Below are positions 1 through 10,359 of a stretch of 64,000 nt of DNA, one piece after another (the first letter of the stretch is position 1; each line of letters opens with the position of its first letter). The position numbers and the translations under genes are program-made. The stretch is from a bacterium. GTDB lineage: Bacteria; UBA8248. A model generated the notes under the pieces. That model saw only the letters and a program-made list of their open reading frames with translations. It did not search any database and was not told the origin of the DNA. The DNA lies in NCBI GenBank assembly GCA_965199855.1, contig OZ241326.1, forward strand, positions 2,336,001-2,400,000, written 5' to 3'.

Positions 1-2
1 AC

Positions 3-173
3 ACCCACGTCGAGGTGGCCTACACCCACACGGGCGGGATGCCCATCTCGATTCACCACCAGTGCTTCGCGCTGCGGCGCGCCACCGCGCGAATCCACCC
101 GGACGGCCGGGTGGCGTACCGGGAAAACCCGGAATGGTTCACCGACTACTACCGCCGCGACACCGTGAGCTGA
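3..173 (+). CDS. 3' end of Fe-S hydro-lyase (fumarate hydratase/tartrate dehydratase) alpha subunit, partial
   Basis: Open frame from the window edge, THVEVAYTHTGGMPISIHHQCFALRRATARI..., resembles the alpha-subunit C-terminus; lies directly upstream of a beta subunit. Confidence 0.75.
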   Translation, partial: THVEVAYTHTGGMPISIHHQCFALRRATARIHPDGRVAYRENPEWFTDYYRRDTVS

Positions 174-195
174 GCGGCGCGGGAGGCTTGGGAGG

Positions 196-879
196 ATGAG
201 CGGCACCTCGGACCTGGAGATGCGGGAGCACCGCCTCGCCGCGCCCGTCTCGCCGGAGGCGCTGGAGAATCTCCGGCTGGGCGACGTCGTCTATTTCGAC
301 GGAGTGGTGTTCACCGGCAGAATCGGCCTCTACAAGAAGCTGTTCGACGAGAAGGCGCCCCCGCCGGCGGACATCGCCTCGCTCACGAACGTGACCTTCC
401 ACTGCTCGCCCGCCGTGGGGCGCGATGCAGAGGGCGGCTGGAAGGTGGCCGCCGTCACGGCCACGGCGAGCTTTCGCTTCGAGAAGCACCTCCCCCTCCT
501 CATGGACGAGCACGGGGTGCGCTGCGTCATCGGCAAGGGCGGCATGGCGCCCAAGGTGTACCAGGAGCACTTCCGGCGGCTGGGCGCCGTGTTCCTGAAC
601 ACGGTGGGCTACGGCATCGGCGCCCAGTACGGCCGCGGCATCGTCGGCGTGCGGGACGTCCATTGGCTCGAGGAGCTGGGCATCGCGCAGGCGATGTGGG
701 TGTTCGAGGTGCGGAACTTCGGCCCCTTCCTCGTGGAGTGCGACGCCCGGGGCGAGAGCCTCTACCAGATGGCGCTCGCCGAGACGAACGCGGAGCTCGG
801 CAAGCTCTACGAGGGGCTGCCCGCCCCGACCCTCAAGCGCCTGGGCGAGGTGCGCAATCCCGAAGACGAGGTTTTCTGA
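196..879 (+). CDS. Fe-S hydro-lyase (fumarate hydratase/tartrate dehydratase) beta subunit
   Basis: LRLGDVVYFDGVVFTGR, FHCSP, IGKGGM, ELGIAQAMW...FGPFLV motifs. Confidence 0.85.
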   Translation: MSGTSDLEMREHRLAAPVSPEALENLRLGDVVYFDGVVFTGRIGLYKKLFDEKAPPPADIASLTNVTFHCSPAVGRDAEGGWKVAAVTATASFRFEKHLPLLMDEHGVRCVIGKGGMAPKVYQEHFRRLGAVFLNTVGYGIGAQYGRGIVGVRDVHWLEELGIAQAMWVFEVRNFGPFLVECDARGESLYQMALAETNAELGKLYEGLPAPTLKRLGEVRNPEDEVF

Positions 880-928
880 GCGGGCGGCGAGGAGCGCGGC
901 GCCCGCCCGCTGACGAGAGGATGAGCCG

Positions 929-1936
929 TTGCCGAAGGGAATCGCCTGGGTCACCACGAGCTGGCTGAACGGCCTGGAGGACCCGATGCGCCACTTCCGC
1001 CCCCTCGAAGCCGAGGCGGGCCTCGAGGTGCGGATCGACTCGAACGGCCTGGACAAGACCGAGGAGGAGGTCATCGCCGGCCTCCCCGGCGTGGTCGTCG
1101 CCTTTCCGAGCAACGACCCCTACAACGAGCGCACCCTGGCGGCGGGGACGGACTTGAGGCACGTAGCGAGGACGGGCGTGGGCTTCAACGCCGTGGACCT
1201 CGACGCCGCCGCGCGCCGCGGGGTGATCGTCACCAACGCGCCGGGGCAGAATGCGGACTCCGTCGCGGAGCACGCCCTGGGCCTCATGCTCTGCGCCGCG
1301 CGCCGAATCGCCGAGAGCGACAGGAGGATGCGCGCGGGCGAATGGGCGGCGCTGCGGGTTCCCATCGCGCCGCTTCGGGGCAAAACGCTGGGCGTCATCG
1401 GGCTGGGCAACATCGGCAAGCGCGTGGCGAGGCGCGCCGCGGCCTTCGGGATGAAGATCATCGCCCACGACGTCGCGCGGGACGAGCGATTCGCCGCCGA
1501 GACGGGCGTCTTCTTCAAGGAGCGCGAGGAGGTGGCGCGAAGCGCAGACTTCATCACCTGCCACGTCCCCCTGAACGAGGAGACGCGCGGCATGGTGGAC
1601 GAGGCGTTCCTGCGCGCCATGAAGCCCGGCGCCTACCTCGTCAACACCTCGCGCGGCCCGGTGGTCGATCTGGACGCCCTGGCCCTCGCCCTGGAGCGGG
1701 GACGCATCCGGGGCGCCGCCCTCGACGTCTTCCCGAACGAGCCGGCGGACAGCCGCCACCGCGTATTCTCGCTCGACAGCGTCGTGCTCACCCCGCACGT
1801 AGCGGGCCTCGGCGAGGACGCCTGCGAGCAGTCGCTGGAGTTCGCCGTCGCCGCCGCCCTCGACGTCATCGCCCGAAGGCGTCCGGCCGGCCTCCTGAAC
1901 CCCGAGGCGCTGGAAAAGGCCGGCATCCGGGACTAG
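929..1936 (+). CDS. D-isomer-specific 2-hydroxyacid dehydrogenase (SerA-like)
   Basis: GVIGLGNIG, VNTSRGPVVD, AALDVF.EP, TPHVAG. Confidence 0.9.
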   Translation: MPKGIAWVTTSWLNGLEDPMRHFRPLEAEAGLEVRIDSNGLDKTEEEVIAGLPGVVVAFPSNDPYNERTLAAGTDLRHVARTGVGFNAVDLDAAARRGVIVTNAPGQNADSVAEHALGLMLCAARRIAESDRRMRAGEWAALRVPIAPLRGKTLGVIGLGNIGKRVARRAAAFGMKIIAHDVARDERFAAETGVFFKEREEVARSADFITCHVPLNEETRGMVDEAFLRAMKPGAYLVNTSRGPVVDLDALALALERGRIRGAALDVFPNEPADSRHRVFSLDSVVLTPHVAGLGEDACEQSLEFAVAAALDVIARRRPAGLLNPEALEKAGIRD

Positions 1937-2017
1937 GGAGAAGGAGAAGCTCTCGTTCCGCTCGCCGGGCCGCCGCGCCCCGCGGGCGTCAAACGCGCCG
2001 CCGTCAGAGATCGATTC

Positions 2018-3406
2018 ATGCGAAAAGCCAGCAAGCCGCGCGCGCTCCTCGCCGCCGCCCTTCTCCTTCTGCTCGCCGCCCCCGCGCCGGCGGCCGGGGC
2101 GCAGAAGGAGGCCGCCCCGCCGCGCGTTCCCTGGAACGTGACCGAGCACCGGATGAAGAACGGGATGCGCGCCCTGCTCCTGCCGGACGCGAGCGCGCCT
2201 CTGGTGGTCTTCATGGTCTGGTACGCGGTCGGCAGCCGAGACGAGCGGCCCGGACTCACCGGCATGGCGCACTTTCTCGAGCACATGATGTTTCGCGGCA
2301 CCCGGAAGCACCCCGGCAAGACGTTCAGCAATCTCATCAAGAAGAACGGCGGCGTGGACAACGCCTTCACGAGCTTCGACTACACCGCCTACTACGAGCG
2401 CATCGCCTCGGACAGGCTCGGGCTCGCCGCCGCCCTCGAAGCCGACCGCATGGTGAACATGACGCTCGACAAGACGGCGTTCGACGCGGAGAAGAACGTG
2501 GTGCACGAGGAGAGGCGCACCCGAACCGACAGGCCGACGGGCAGGTTCTGGGAGCAGCTGCGCGCCGTCGCCTACACGAGCCATCCCTACCGGAACCCCA
2601 TCATCGGCTGGCCGGAGGATCTGGCGGCCATCACCATCCGGGACATGGAGGCGTTCTACAGGCGCTACTACAGCCCCGAGAACGCCACCGCCGTCGTCGT
2701 GGGCGACTTCGAGGTCGGGGAGGCCGCCGCGCTCCTCGAAAAGCATTTCGGCAAGATTCCCAAGTCCCCCGCCTTCAGGAAGCGGCCCGCGCTCTTCGAG
2801 TTCGACCAGAAGTCCGAGCGCAGGGCCTACGTCCGCGCGGAGGCGCAGCTCCCCTTCGTGGCGATCGGCTACCACGCCCCCAACTGGAAGAGCGAGGACG
2901 CCCCCGCCCTCGTCATGCTCGAAGCCGTCCTCGGCGGGGGAGAAACCTCGCGCTTTCACCAGCGGCTGGTTCGGAAGGACGCCATCGCCCTGGGCGCGGG
3001 CGCGGACTACACCTACCTCTCGGTGGACCCGATGCTCTTCTACCTCTACGGGAGGCCCGCCCCCGGCAAGACGGCGGACGAGGTGGAGAAGGCCCTCCTC
3101 GATGAGACGCGGAAGCTCATCGAGAAGGGCGTGGAGGAGGAGGAGCTCCGCCGCGCGCTCAGGAACGTAGAGGCGAACACGGTCTTCTCCATGGATTCGC
3201 ACTACTACCGCGCGATGCTCCTCGGCCGGGCGGCGGTGGCGGGCGACTGGCGGCTGCTGAAGGGCTATCTGCCCGCCCTCCGGAAGGTGCGGCCCGCCGA
3301 CGTGGCGCGCGTCGCCGGGAAATATCTGAACCACGGCAGAAAGACCACCGCCGCCCTCATCCCGCTCAAGAAGAGCGGGCGAAGCGGCGGAGGGCGCAGG
3401 CCATGA
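2018..3406 (+). CDS. M16 (pitrilysin/insulinase) zinc peptidase, active subunit with signal peptide
   Basis: HFLEHMMF inverted zinc motif, NAFTSFDYTAY; hydrophobic N-terminus. Confidence 0.92.
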   Translation: MRKASKPRALLAAALLLLLAAPAPAAGAQKEAAPPRVPWNVTEHRMKNGMRALLLPDASAPLVVFMVWYAVGSRDERPGLTGMAHFLEHMMFRGTRKHPGKTFSNLIKKNGGVDNAFTSFDYTAYYERIASDRLGLAAALEADRMVNMTLDKTAFDAEKNVVHEERRTRTDRPTGRFWEQLRAVAYTSHPYRNPIIGWPEDLAAITIRDMEAFYRRYYSPENATAVVVGDFEVGEAAALLEKHFGKIPKSPAFRKRPALFEFDQKSERRAYVRAEAQLPFVAIGYHAPNWKSEDAPALVMLEAVLGGGETSRFHQRLVRKDAIALGAGADYTYLSVDPMLFYLYGRPAPGKTADEVEKALLDETRKLIEKGVEEEELRRALRNVEANTVFSMDSHYYRAMLLGRAAVAGDWRLLKGYLPALRKVRPADVARVAGKYLNHGRKTTAALIPLKKSGRSGGGRRP

Positions 3407-4737
3407 GGACGCGCCGCGTTTTCCGCGCGCTGCTCGCCTGGGCGCTCCTCCTGCCGTCCTCCTTCGCCGGCGCGGCCGTCCTCGCCTACGAGCGCGAGGA
3501 GCTGCCGGGCGGCGCCGTCCTGCTGGTCAAGGAGAACAGGCAGCTGCCGATGGTTCGCGTCGTCGTCTCGATTCCGGCGGGGGCGCGCCGCGAGGCGCCC
3601 GCGCGGGCGGGCCTAGCGAACCTCACCGCCGCCCTGCTCACCCGGGGGACGAAGACGCGAAGCGCGGCGGACGTCGAGAAGACGAACGACGCCCTGGGCG
3701 GCGGCGTGAGCGTCGAGGCCGGGCGCGAGCGCGCGACGGCCTCCCTGCGCGCGCTCACGCGGGACGTGGAGGAGGGCCTCTCCCTGCTGGGCGACGCGCT
3801 CAGAAGCCCCGCTTTTCCGGCCGAGGAGATCGAGAAGACGAAGCGGCGCGTCCTGGGCATGCTTCGCCAGCGGCGCGAGCGGCCCCGCCGCCTCGCGGAC
3901 AGGGCGTTCAGGGAGCGGCTCTACGGCGAGACGCCCGAGGGCCGCATGGTGGAGGGAACGGAGGAGTCGATCGCGAAGCTGCGCAGGGAGGACGTCGTCC
4001 GCTTCCACGAGAAGTGGTACGGCCTCGAGGGGACGGTATTCGTCTTCGTGGGCGACGTCTCCCTCGCGCGGGCGCGCGCCCTCGTTCTCGCCCGTTTCAG
4101 GGGCTGGCGGGCGCGCGGCGGGAAAATCCCCGCGGTGAAGCCGCCCGCCCCTCCGCGCGGGATGGAGGTCGTCAGGATCGACCGCCCCCTCTCCCAGTCC
4201 ACGGTGATTCTGGGCAACCGCGCGCTCAAGAGGACGCACCCCGACTTCTACGCCGCGCGCGTGATGAACTACATCCTGGGCGGGGACGGCACCACCAGCA
4301 GAATCTCGGCGAACCTCCGGGGGGAGAAGGGACTCGTCTATGCCGTCTACAGCTACTTCGCCTCGCGCAGGCGCGCGGGCCACTGGCGGCTCACGCTGAA
4401 GACGAAGAACAGGAGCGCGAACGAGGCCATCCGCGAGTCGCTCGGGGAGGTGAGGCGCCTCCAGGAGGCCGGGGTGAGCGGCGCCGAGCTTCAGGACGCC
4501 AAGGACTTCATCACCGGAAACTTCGCCACGCGCTTCGGCTCCTCGAGCCGCGTTGCGAACTACATTCTCGCGGTGGAGCTCCTCGGCTTCTCCCCCGGCT
4601 ACGCGGACGAATACGTGAAAAAAATCCGCGCCGTGACGAAGGCGCAGGTCGTGGAGGCGGCGCGAAAGCACATCAGGCTGGATGAATCCGCCCTCGTGGT
4701 GGTGGGAAACCTGGGCGAGGCGAACCTGTCCTATTGA
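3403..4737 (+). CDS. M16 peptidase partner subunit (no HxxEH)
   Basis: GLANLTAALLTRGT, LRGEKGLVYAVYS; ATGA overlap with the upstream M16 gene. Confidence 0.88.
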   Translation: MRTRRVFRALLAWALLLPSSFAGAAVLAYEREELPGGAVLLVKENRQLPMVRVVVSIPAGARREAPARAGLANLTAALLTRGTKTRSAADVEKTNDALGGGVSVEAGRERATASLRALTRDVEEGLSLLGDALRSPAFPAEEIEKTKRRVLGMLRQRRERPRRLADRAFRERLYGETPEGRMVEGTEESIAKLRREDVVRFHEKWYGLEGTVFVFVGDVSLARARALVLARFRGWRARGGKIPAVKPPAPPRGMEVVRIDRPLSQSTVILGNRALKRTHPDFYAARVMNYILGGDGTTSRISANLRGEKGLVYAVYSYFASRRRAGHWRLTLKTKNRSANEAIRESLGEVRRLQEAGVSGAELQDAKDFITGNFATRFGSSSRVANYILAVELLGFSPGYADEYVKKIRAVTKAQVVEAARKHIRLDESALVVVGNLGEANLSY

Positions 4738-4809
4738 CGCGCGCGAAAGCCCCCCGCGGGAGCGGCGCGGGGGCCGCCTTTTCGCCGCGCGCCCCGGGGA
4801 GGGAAAGCG

Positions 4810-5205
4810 ATGAGGCGCGAGACGCTCAAGCCCAAGGGGCTCGCCGTCCCTGCCGGGCATTTCTCGCACGGGGTGATCGTCGAGGGCGGCCGGACGCTCT
4901 ACGTGGCGGGCCAGACGCCCCTGGACGAGGCGGGAAGCCTCGTCTGCCCGGACGACCCCGAAGGGCAGGCGCGCCAGTGCTTCCGGAACGTCGAGAAGGT
5001 CGCGGCGGCGGCGGGCGGGCGCATGGAGGACGCGGCGAAGATTCAGGTCTTCGCGACGAGCCTCGCCTACAGGGGCGCCGTCGGCAGGGCGCGGGCCGAA
5101 TTCTTCCCCGACGACCCGCCCGCCAGCACCTTTCTCGTGGTGTCGAGCCTGGCGGAGCCCGGCTTTCTGGTCGAGGTGGAAGCCGTCATCCCCCTGCCCG
5201 GGTGA
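4810..5205 (+). CDS. RidA/YjgF family protein
   Basis: FSHGV, LYVAGQ, PASTFLVVSSL, LVEVEAV. Confidence 0.88.
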   Translation: MRRETLKPKGLAVPAGHFSHGVIVEGGRTLYVAGQTPLDEAGSLVCPDDPEGQARQCFRNVEKVAAAAGGRMEDAAKIQVFATSLAYRGAVGRARAEFFPDDPPASTFLVVSSLAEPGFLVEVEAVIPLPG

Positions 5206-5210
5206 GGGCG

Positions 5211-5903
5211 ATGAGCGGGAGGCGCGCCCTGCGCTGGGCGCTCGCCGCGGGCTGGCTGGCGGCCATCCACCTCCAGACGGCCTCGGGCGCGCTCGCGCCT
5301 TCCGCTCCCCTTCCTCCGGGGGTGGACAAAATCATCCACCTTTGCCAGTTTGGGCTTCTCGCCTGGCTCCTCTGGCGGCCATGGCGGGAGACGTTCGCCG
5401 ACTGGCCCGCGGGAAAAACCGCGGTCTTCATCTTCCTCCTCACCGCCCTGAACGGCGCGGCGGACGAGCTGCACCAGCTTTTTCTGCCCCATCGCGCCGC
5501 CGAGTGGGGAGACGCGGCGGCGGACGCCGCGGGCGGAGGAGGCGCCCTCCTCTGGCGCCTGCGCCGCGAGAAGGCGCGCCCCGGCGCGGCGGCGCCGCAG
5601 GAGAGCCATCGTGGACGACGCAAGGGAAGCCCTCGCCCGGGACATGAAGGACGCCATGCGCGCGAAGCAGGCGCTCCGGCTCTCCACGATCCGGATGGCG
5701 CGCGCCGAGATTCTGAACAGGGACAAGGAGAGCGGCGAGGAGGCGCCGCCGGAGGAGATTCTCAAGCTGCTCCAAAGTATGATAAAGAAGCGGGAGGAGG
5801 CCGCCGGCCAATACGAGGCGGGCGGACGCGAGGACATGGCCCGCCGGGAGCGCGAGGAGATTCAGATTCTCCGGGGCTATCTCCCCGCGCAGATGGGCGA
5901 TGA
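5211..5903 (+). CDS. VanZ-like membrane protein (3' end uncertain, overlaps next gene)
   Basis: DKIIHLCQFGLL, DELHQLFLPHRAAEWGDAAAD; the frame runs on ~290 nt into the YqeY gene. Confidence 0.65.
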   Translation: MSGRRALRWALAAGWLAAIHLQTASGALAPSAPLPPGVDKIIHLCQFGLLAWLLWRPWRETFADWPAGKTAVFIFLLTALNGAADELHQLFLPHRAAEWGDAAADAAGGGGALLWRLRREKARPGAAAPQESHRGRRKGSPRPGHEGRHAREAGAPALHDPDGARRDSEQGQGERRGGAAGGDSQAAPKYDKEAGGGRRPIRGGRTRGHGPPGARGDSDSPGLSPRADGR

Positions 5904-6060
5904 GGAAATTCAGGCCGCCGCCCGCGCGGTCATCGAGGAGACGGGAGCCTCCTCGATGAAGGACATGGGGAAGGTGATGGGAATCCTGACCCGCCGACTG
6001 GCCGGGCGCGCCGCGGGCGCCCGCGTCTCCGCGGCCGTCCGCAAGCTCCTGGGCGCGTGA
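5611..6060 (+). CDS. GatB/YqeY domain protein
   Basis: DMKDAMRAK..LRLSTIR, YLPAQM, KDMGKVMG. Confidence 0.92.
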   Translation: MDDAREALARDMKDAMRAKQALRLSTIRMARAEILNRDKESGEEAPPEEILKLLQSMIKKREEAAGQYEAGGREDMARREREEIQILRGYLPAQMGDEEIQAAARAVIEETGASSMKDMGKVMGILTRRLAGRAAGARVSAAVRKLLGA

Positions 6061-6076
6061 GGGAGGGCATATCCCG

Positions 6077-6475
6077 ATGAGCAGACGGCCGGCCTATCGC
6101 GTGGAGGACGTCGCCGCGGCCTACCAGTGCGAGCCCGAGCAGGAGGAGATCATCTCGGCGCTCGCCGAGCGCGACTACCGCGTCTTCGAGGTCGAGCAGC
6201 CCGCCGGCGCCTTCGTGCCCTATCACGCGCACAGAGAGGAGGAGGCCGTCATTGTCGTCGAGGGGCGGATGCAGTTCAACGTGGAGGAGGAGCTCGTCCT
6301 CGTCCAAAGCGGCGAGGTCATCACCATCCGCGAGGAGGCGATTCACAGCGCCGCCCAGGTGGGCGAGGAGAAGGCCAGGCTCCTGCTCGCCTTCCCGAAC
6401 GACGCGGGCGACCCGCCGGCCATCGACCTCGACTGGGAGGGCGACGAGGGGGATGACGACGTCGGCTACGCCTGA
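6077..6475 (+). CDS. Cupin domain protein
   Basis: YHAH.EEE...VEGRM, IHSA motifs. Confidence 0.75.
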   Translation: MSRRPAYRVEDVAAAYQCEPEQEEIISALAERDYRVFEVEQPAGAFVPYHAHREEEAVIVVEGRMQFNVEEELVLVQSGEVITIREEAIHSAAQVGEEKARLLLAFPNDAGDPPAIDLDWEGDEGDDDVGYA

Positions 6476-6920
6476 GCTCCTCTACTTCGCCTACGGAGCG
6501 AACCTGAACGCCGCCCACATGAAAATCCTCTGCCCCCGAAGCGTCCCCGCGGGCCCCGCGCGTCTGGAGAATCACCGCCTCGCCATCGCCCTGCCCGCCG
6601 CGGCGCCCCGAAGCGCCCCCGGCTGGGCGACCGTGACGCCCGAGGCGGGCGCGCGCGTCCCGGGCGCGCTCTTTCGCCTCCATCCCGACGACCTGCCCGT
6701 CCTGGATCGCTTCGAGGATTTCCCCACGCTCTACGGGCGCGAAACCCTGGAGGTCGCGGCGGGAGAGGGCGCGGCGCAAGCCATGCTCTACGTCATGCGG
6801 GGGCGCCTGCGGGCGGCGCGCCCGACGGCGCGATACGTGGAGCTGATCCGGGAGGGATACGAGGATTTCGGCCTGCCCCCCGCCGCGCTGGACGCCGCGC
6901 TGGCGGAGGTTCGCTTCTGA
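6453..6920 (+). CDS. Gamma-glutamylcyclotransferase family protein
   Basis: YFAYGANL motif, LDRFE. Confidence 0.85.
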   Translation: MTTSATPELLYFAYGANLNAAHMKILCPRSVPAGPARLENHRLAIALPAAAPRSAPGWATVTPEAGARVPGALFRLHPDDLPVLDRFEDFPTLYGRETLEVAAGEGAAQAMLYVMRGRLRAARPTARYVELIREGYEDFGLPPAALDAALAEVRF

Positions 6921-6933
6921 GGAGTGATAGTTC

Positions 6934-7616
6934 ATGGTGGCGAGACGCAAAAAGTACGATCCGGCGGATCCCGAAGCGGTGGCCGCAAGAAATCGCGTTC
7001 ACACGATCATTGATTCCATTGGGTCGGAAGATATTGTGGCGACCATCAAAAAGGCCCCCAGTTTACGCGGCATGTTCATGGGATACGTAGCAGAGGAAAT
7101 GTTCGAGAAATACGTCCTCCGAAACTATGAGTTCATTCAATCGGAGGATATTGAAACGCATGACGATCACGATCGACGCCTCAACAAATCAGATCGAACC
7201 ATTCGCTTCCGGGGCCGGTTCTATTCCGTTCAGTTGAAATCCGTCCAAACGAACAGCATCAAGCGCAACCTGGAAACCGGCCTTTTGCAGGCCGACGTTC
7301 AAAATGATGCGTCAGACGCGAGAACCGTTCATTTGCCAAACGGAAGCAGCCTCATCACCACCTGCTATGTAAAAGGGGAATACGATGTTCTGGCGGTACC
7401 GATGTTCCCGTTCACCGGTTCCTGGAATTACGCCTACAAGCGAAACGTTGACTGCCGAAAAACCAAAAGCAAAAATACGGCCCGGAGGACGCGCAATACC
7501 TTCTGGCGACGACCGAAGCAATCACTTGGCCGCTCACGAATGACTGGCGAATGGACTTGTTCGACCTGCTCGACGATCAGATAGGCTCGCGTAGCCAATC
7601 CGCGAAATTGGAATAG
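6934..7616 (+). CDS. Putative type II restriction endonuclease, with apparent frameshift at A5 run 7471-7475
   Basis: Lower GC; [13 protein letters not shown]...QLKS (PD-(D/E)xK-like); convergent with a DNA methylase; alternative frame after 7476 gives a more protein-like tail ending TAG 7614-7616. Confidence 0.6.
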
Positions 7617-8371
7617 GATATTTTCTTCTGATGGTCTTCGCGCCTGAAGATCAGGAAATAGGAATGGTTCTTTCGCGCGTGGTTCTGCTTTTTCAGGCGT
7701 GAAATCACGGGCGCGTTGCGCCTGACGACGACGAAGAGGTCCTGGCAGTAAAAGCCGTGTCTTTCATACGCCCAGATCAGCTCGACGTGCGTGAGCTTTT
7801 GCAGATTCGCCGAAACCTCATCCTGGCATTTCACGATGAACTTGCCCGAGGCGCGAAGGACGCGCTTCACTTCCGGCAGGACGGACAGGTAGGTCTCCAG
7901 AACCGCGTCGTGATACTTCCGGACCTTTTGGCGGGGTTGCGGCGCGCCGTTCGAGTAGGCGTCCTGAAACGTTTGATGCGTCCCCGACCCGGCGAGAGAT
8001 TCTTTGCTTTTTCTATACAAGCCTTCCATGTAGGGCGGATCGAAAACCACCGCGTCAACGCTGGCGGCGGCGTATGGAAGATCCGTCCAGTCCGTGCCCA
8101 GTTTCAGGTCGCTGGGAAGAAGCCTGTAATCCTTCTTGTCCATGTTCTTCCAGAAAACTCCCCTTCCGTAGGTGATGTCGGCCACGACCGAACCCTTGGG
8201 AACGTGAAGGGCGAGGATGTCCGGGAAAATCCCGGCGTTGTCGCCGAGATGCGAGGAGAAGATCAATTCGGTGGTGGAAACGCCGCCCTGCTTGCGGCGC
8301 GCCCTTGGCGTCTGCGGGTCCGCTTCCATCGGAAACTCTCGCTGGTCATTCACGGCGGGGCCTCTCTCCAA
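7577..8371 (-). CDS. Amino (N4/N6) DNA methyltransferase
   Basis: DITYGRGVF (motif I-like) and FDPPY (motif IV). Confidence 0.85.
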   Translation of the reverse strand: MERGPAVNDQREFPMEADPQTPRARRKQGGVSTTELIFSSHLGDNAGIFPDILALHVPKGSVVADITYGRGVFWKNMDKKDYRLLPSDLKLGTDWTDLPYAAASVDAVVFDPPYMEGLYRKSKESLAGSGTHQTFQDAYSNGAPQPRQKVRKYHDAVLETYLSVLPEVKRVLRASGKFIVKCQDEVSANLQKLTHVELIWAYERHGFYCQDLFVVVRRNAPVISRLKKQNHARKNHSYFLIFRREDHQKKISYSNFADWLREPI

Positions 8372-8478
8372 TCAACTTGCCTGAAGCCATTTTTCTCACG
8401 CGGGGCGGAGATTCAACACGCATACCACGAGCGCGAACAAAATACAAAAGAAAAAAGCGCGCCGCCCGCGAGGCGCCC

Positions 8479-8961
8479 TCAGAAATCGCCCTTCGCCCGG
8501 AGGTAGGGCACGAGGCCGCCCGCCTCGATCATCGCCCAGAGCGCGGCGGGAAACGGCGCGAAGGCGACCCGCTCATCTCCCATGCGCGCCTCCCCCGCCA
8601 GCGGGTCCACGAGAATCTCCTCCCCCGCCCGCATCGCGTCCGTGTCGCAGGCGATGACGGGAAGCCCCGAGTTGATCGCGTTTCGATAGAACATGTGGCC
8701 GAAGCTCTTGGCCAGGACGCAGCTCACGCCGAGGGCGCGGAGGACGAGGGCGGCGTCCTGCCGGCTGCTGACGAGGCCGAAGTTCTCCCCCGCGGCGATC
8801 ACGTCGCCCGGCTCCATCCTTCGGGAGAAATCCGGATCCAGCTCCCGGAAGGCGTCGCGCGCGAGCGCCTCCATCGAGGTTCCGGGCGGGCGGTATTTGA
8901 CGGAAAGATGCGCGTCGGTGCTGACGTCGTCGCCGAAGCGGTGGACTTTGCCCCTCAGCAT
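8479..8961 (-). CDS. 3-isopropylmalate dehydratase/homoaconitase small subunit (LeuD/DmdB family)
   Basis: FGDDVSTD, AGENFG..SSR, FYRNAINSGLP, AGGLVPY. Confidence 0.88.
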   Translation of the reverse strand: MLRGKVHRFGDDVSTDAHLSVKYRPPGTSMEALARDAFRELDPDFSRRMEPGDVIAAGENFGLVSSRQDAALVLRALGVSCVLAKSFGHMFYRNAINSGLPVIACDTDAMRAGEEILVDPLAGEARMGDERVAFAPFPAALWAMIEAGGLVPYLRAKGDF

Positions 8962-8983
8962 GAATCTCCCCTCCCGGCGCGCG

Positions 8984-10240
8984 CTAGAGAAACTCCCTGG
9001 GGTCGGCGATGCGGCCCGCAATCGCGCTCGCCGCCACCGTGGCCGGCGAGGCCAGGAAAATCTCGGCCTCTTTGCTGCCCAGCCTGCCGGGGAAGTTGCG
9101 GTTCGCCGAGGAGACGGCGCGCTCGCCGTCGGCCAGGCAACCGTTTCCCGTCATCGAGGCGCAGGGGCCGCAGGCGGCGGCGAGCACGGCCGCGCCCGCC
9201 TCGACCAGGGCCGCTATCGCCCCGCTCCGGAGGGCGGCCTCATAGACTCGCCGGCTCGTGGGCGCGACGTAGAAGCGCACCCCGGGGGCGATCTTCCTTC
9301 CGCGCGCGACGCGCGCCGCGATTTCGATGTCCTCGAGCCGCCCGTTCGTGCAGGTTCCCACGAACGCCTGGTGGACGGGCAGGCCCTCGAACGCCTCGAC
9401 GGGATGCGCGTTTCCGGCGGCGGGCGGCGCGGAGACGAGGGGCGCGAGCGCGGAGACGTCCAGCCGGATTTCCCGCGCGTAGGAGGCGCCCGCGTCCGGG
9501 GCGACCGCCTCCCCGAGGGGCGCGCCATGCGCCCGCGCCCAGGCGAGCGTCTTCTCGTCCGCCTCCATGACGCCCGTCTTCGCCCCCATGTCCACCGACA
9601 TGTTGGCGATGGTGAAGCGCGCGTCCATCGAGAGCGCCGCCAGCGCCTCTCCCCCGTATTCCACCGCCATGTAGTTCGCCCCGTTCGCGCCCATCTCCTT
9701 CGCCAGGGCGAGCTCCACGTCCTTGGAGAAGACGCCCGGGGCGAGCGCGCCCGCGAACTCCACGCGAACGCTCTCGGGCACCTTGAACCAGAGCTTGCCG
9801 GTGGCGTAGGCGGAGGCTATCTCCACGCTCTCCACGGCCACGGCCATGGCGTTGAGCGCCCCGTAGGTGCAGACGTGGCTGTCGCCGCCCACGGCGAGGG
9901 CGCCCGGCCCCACGCGACCCTCCTCCGTCACGACGGTGTGGCACACGCCCGCGCCCGGCTCGAAGACCTCGACGCCGAACTCCGCGCCGAACTCCCGGAG
10001 CTTCCTGTGGTGGTTCGCCCAGAGGACGTCCTGGGCGGGAACGAAATGGTCGATGATGAAGTCCGTCTTCTTCGGGTCCAGCCGGAACTCGAAGCCCGCC
10101 TCCCGGAAGACGTCGATCGCCTTCGGCCCCTTGGCGTCGCCCGCCATGACGTAGTCGAGCGCGGCGACCACCAGGTCGCCCGCCCGCGCGTCGCCTCCCG
10201 AGTGCGCGGAGAGTATCTTTTCCGCCATCGTGCGGGGCAA
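8984..10240 (-). CDS. 3-isopropylmalate dehydratase/homoaconitase large subunit (LeuC/HacA family)
   Basis: TMAEKIL, DSHVCTYGA, GTCTNGR, CGPC, NRNFPGR, LASPATVAASA; TTG start after GGAG. Confidence 0.9.
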   Translation of the reverse strand: MPRTMAEKILSAHSGGDARAGDLVVAALDYVMAGDAKGPKAIDVFREAGFEFRLDPKKTDFIIDHFVPAQDVLWANHHRKLREFGAEFGVEVFEPGAGVCHTVVTEEGRVGPGALAVGGDSHVCTYGALNAMAVAVESVEIASAYATGKLWFKVPESVRVEFAGALAPGVFSKDVELALAKEMGANGANYMAVEYGGEALAALSMDARFTIANMSVDMGAKTGVMEADEKTLAWARAHGAPLGEAVAPDAGASYAREIRLDVSALAPLVSAPPAAGNAHPVEAFEGLPVHQAFVGTCTNGRLEDIEIAARVARGRKIAPGVRFYVAPTSRRVYEAALRSGAIAALVEAGAAVLAAACGPCASMTGNGCLADGERAVSSANRNFPGRLGSKEAEIFLASPATVAASAIAGRIADPREFL

Positions 10241-10331
10241 GGGGTTCTCCCTGCGGAACGGTTGGGAACAATGCGCTATTGGTATACACCAAAAACCGGA
10301 AGGGCGGAATCCTTGAATTGGAGTCTTTGAG

Positions 10332-10359
10332 TTGACAATGCCGTCCTGATGCCCAAAAT
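10332..10359 (+). promoter_or_regulatory. Putative sigma70 promoter for the three-gene cassette
   Basis: TTGACA-16nt-CAAAAT in an AT-rich intergenic region. Confidence 0.4.

Noticed and set aside
833-3334. Long antisense ORFs (also 12964-15327, 25779-27593, 60295-61851 and others)
   Set aside because: Shadow frames of real genes in high-GC DNA, with no recognisable motifs.
8479-10240. Assigning the symbols leuC/leuD
   Set aside because: No leuA/leuB nearby and divergent motifs; the substrate cannot be determined from sequence.
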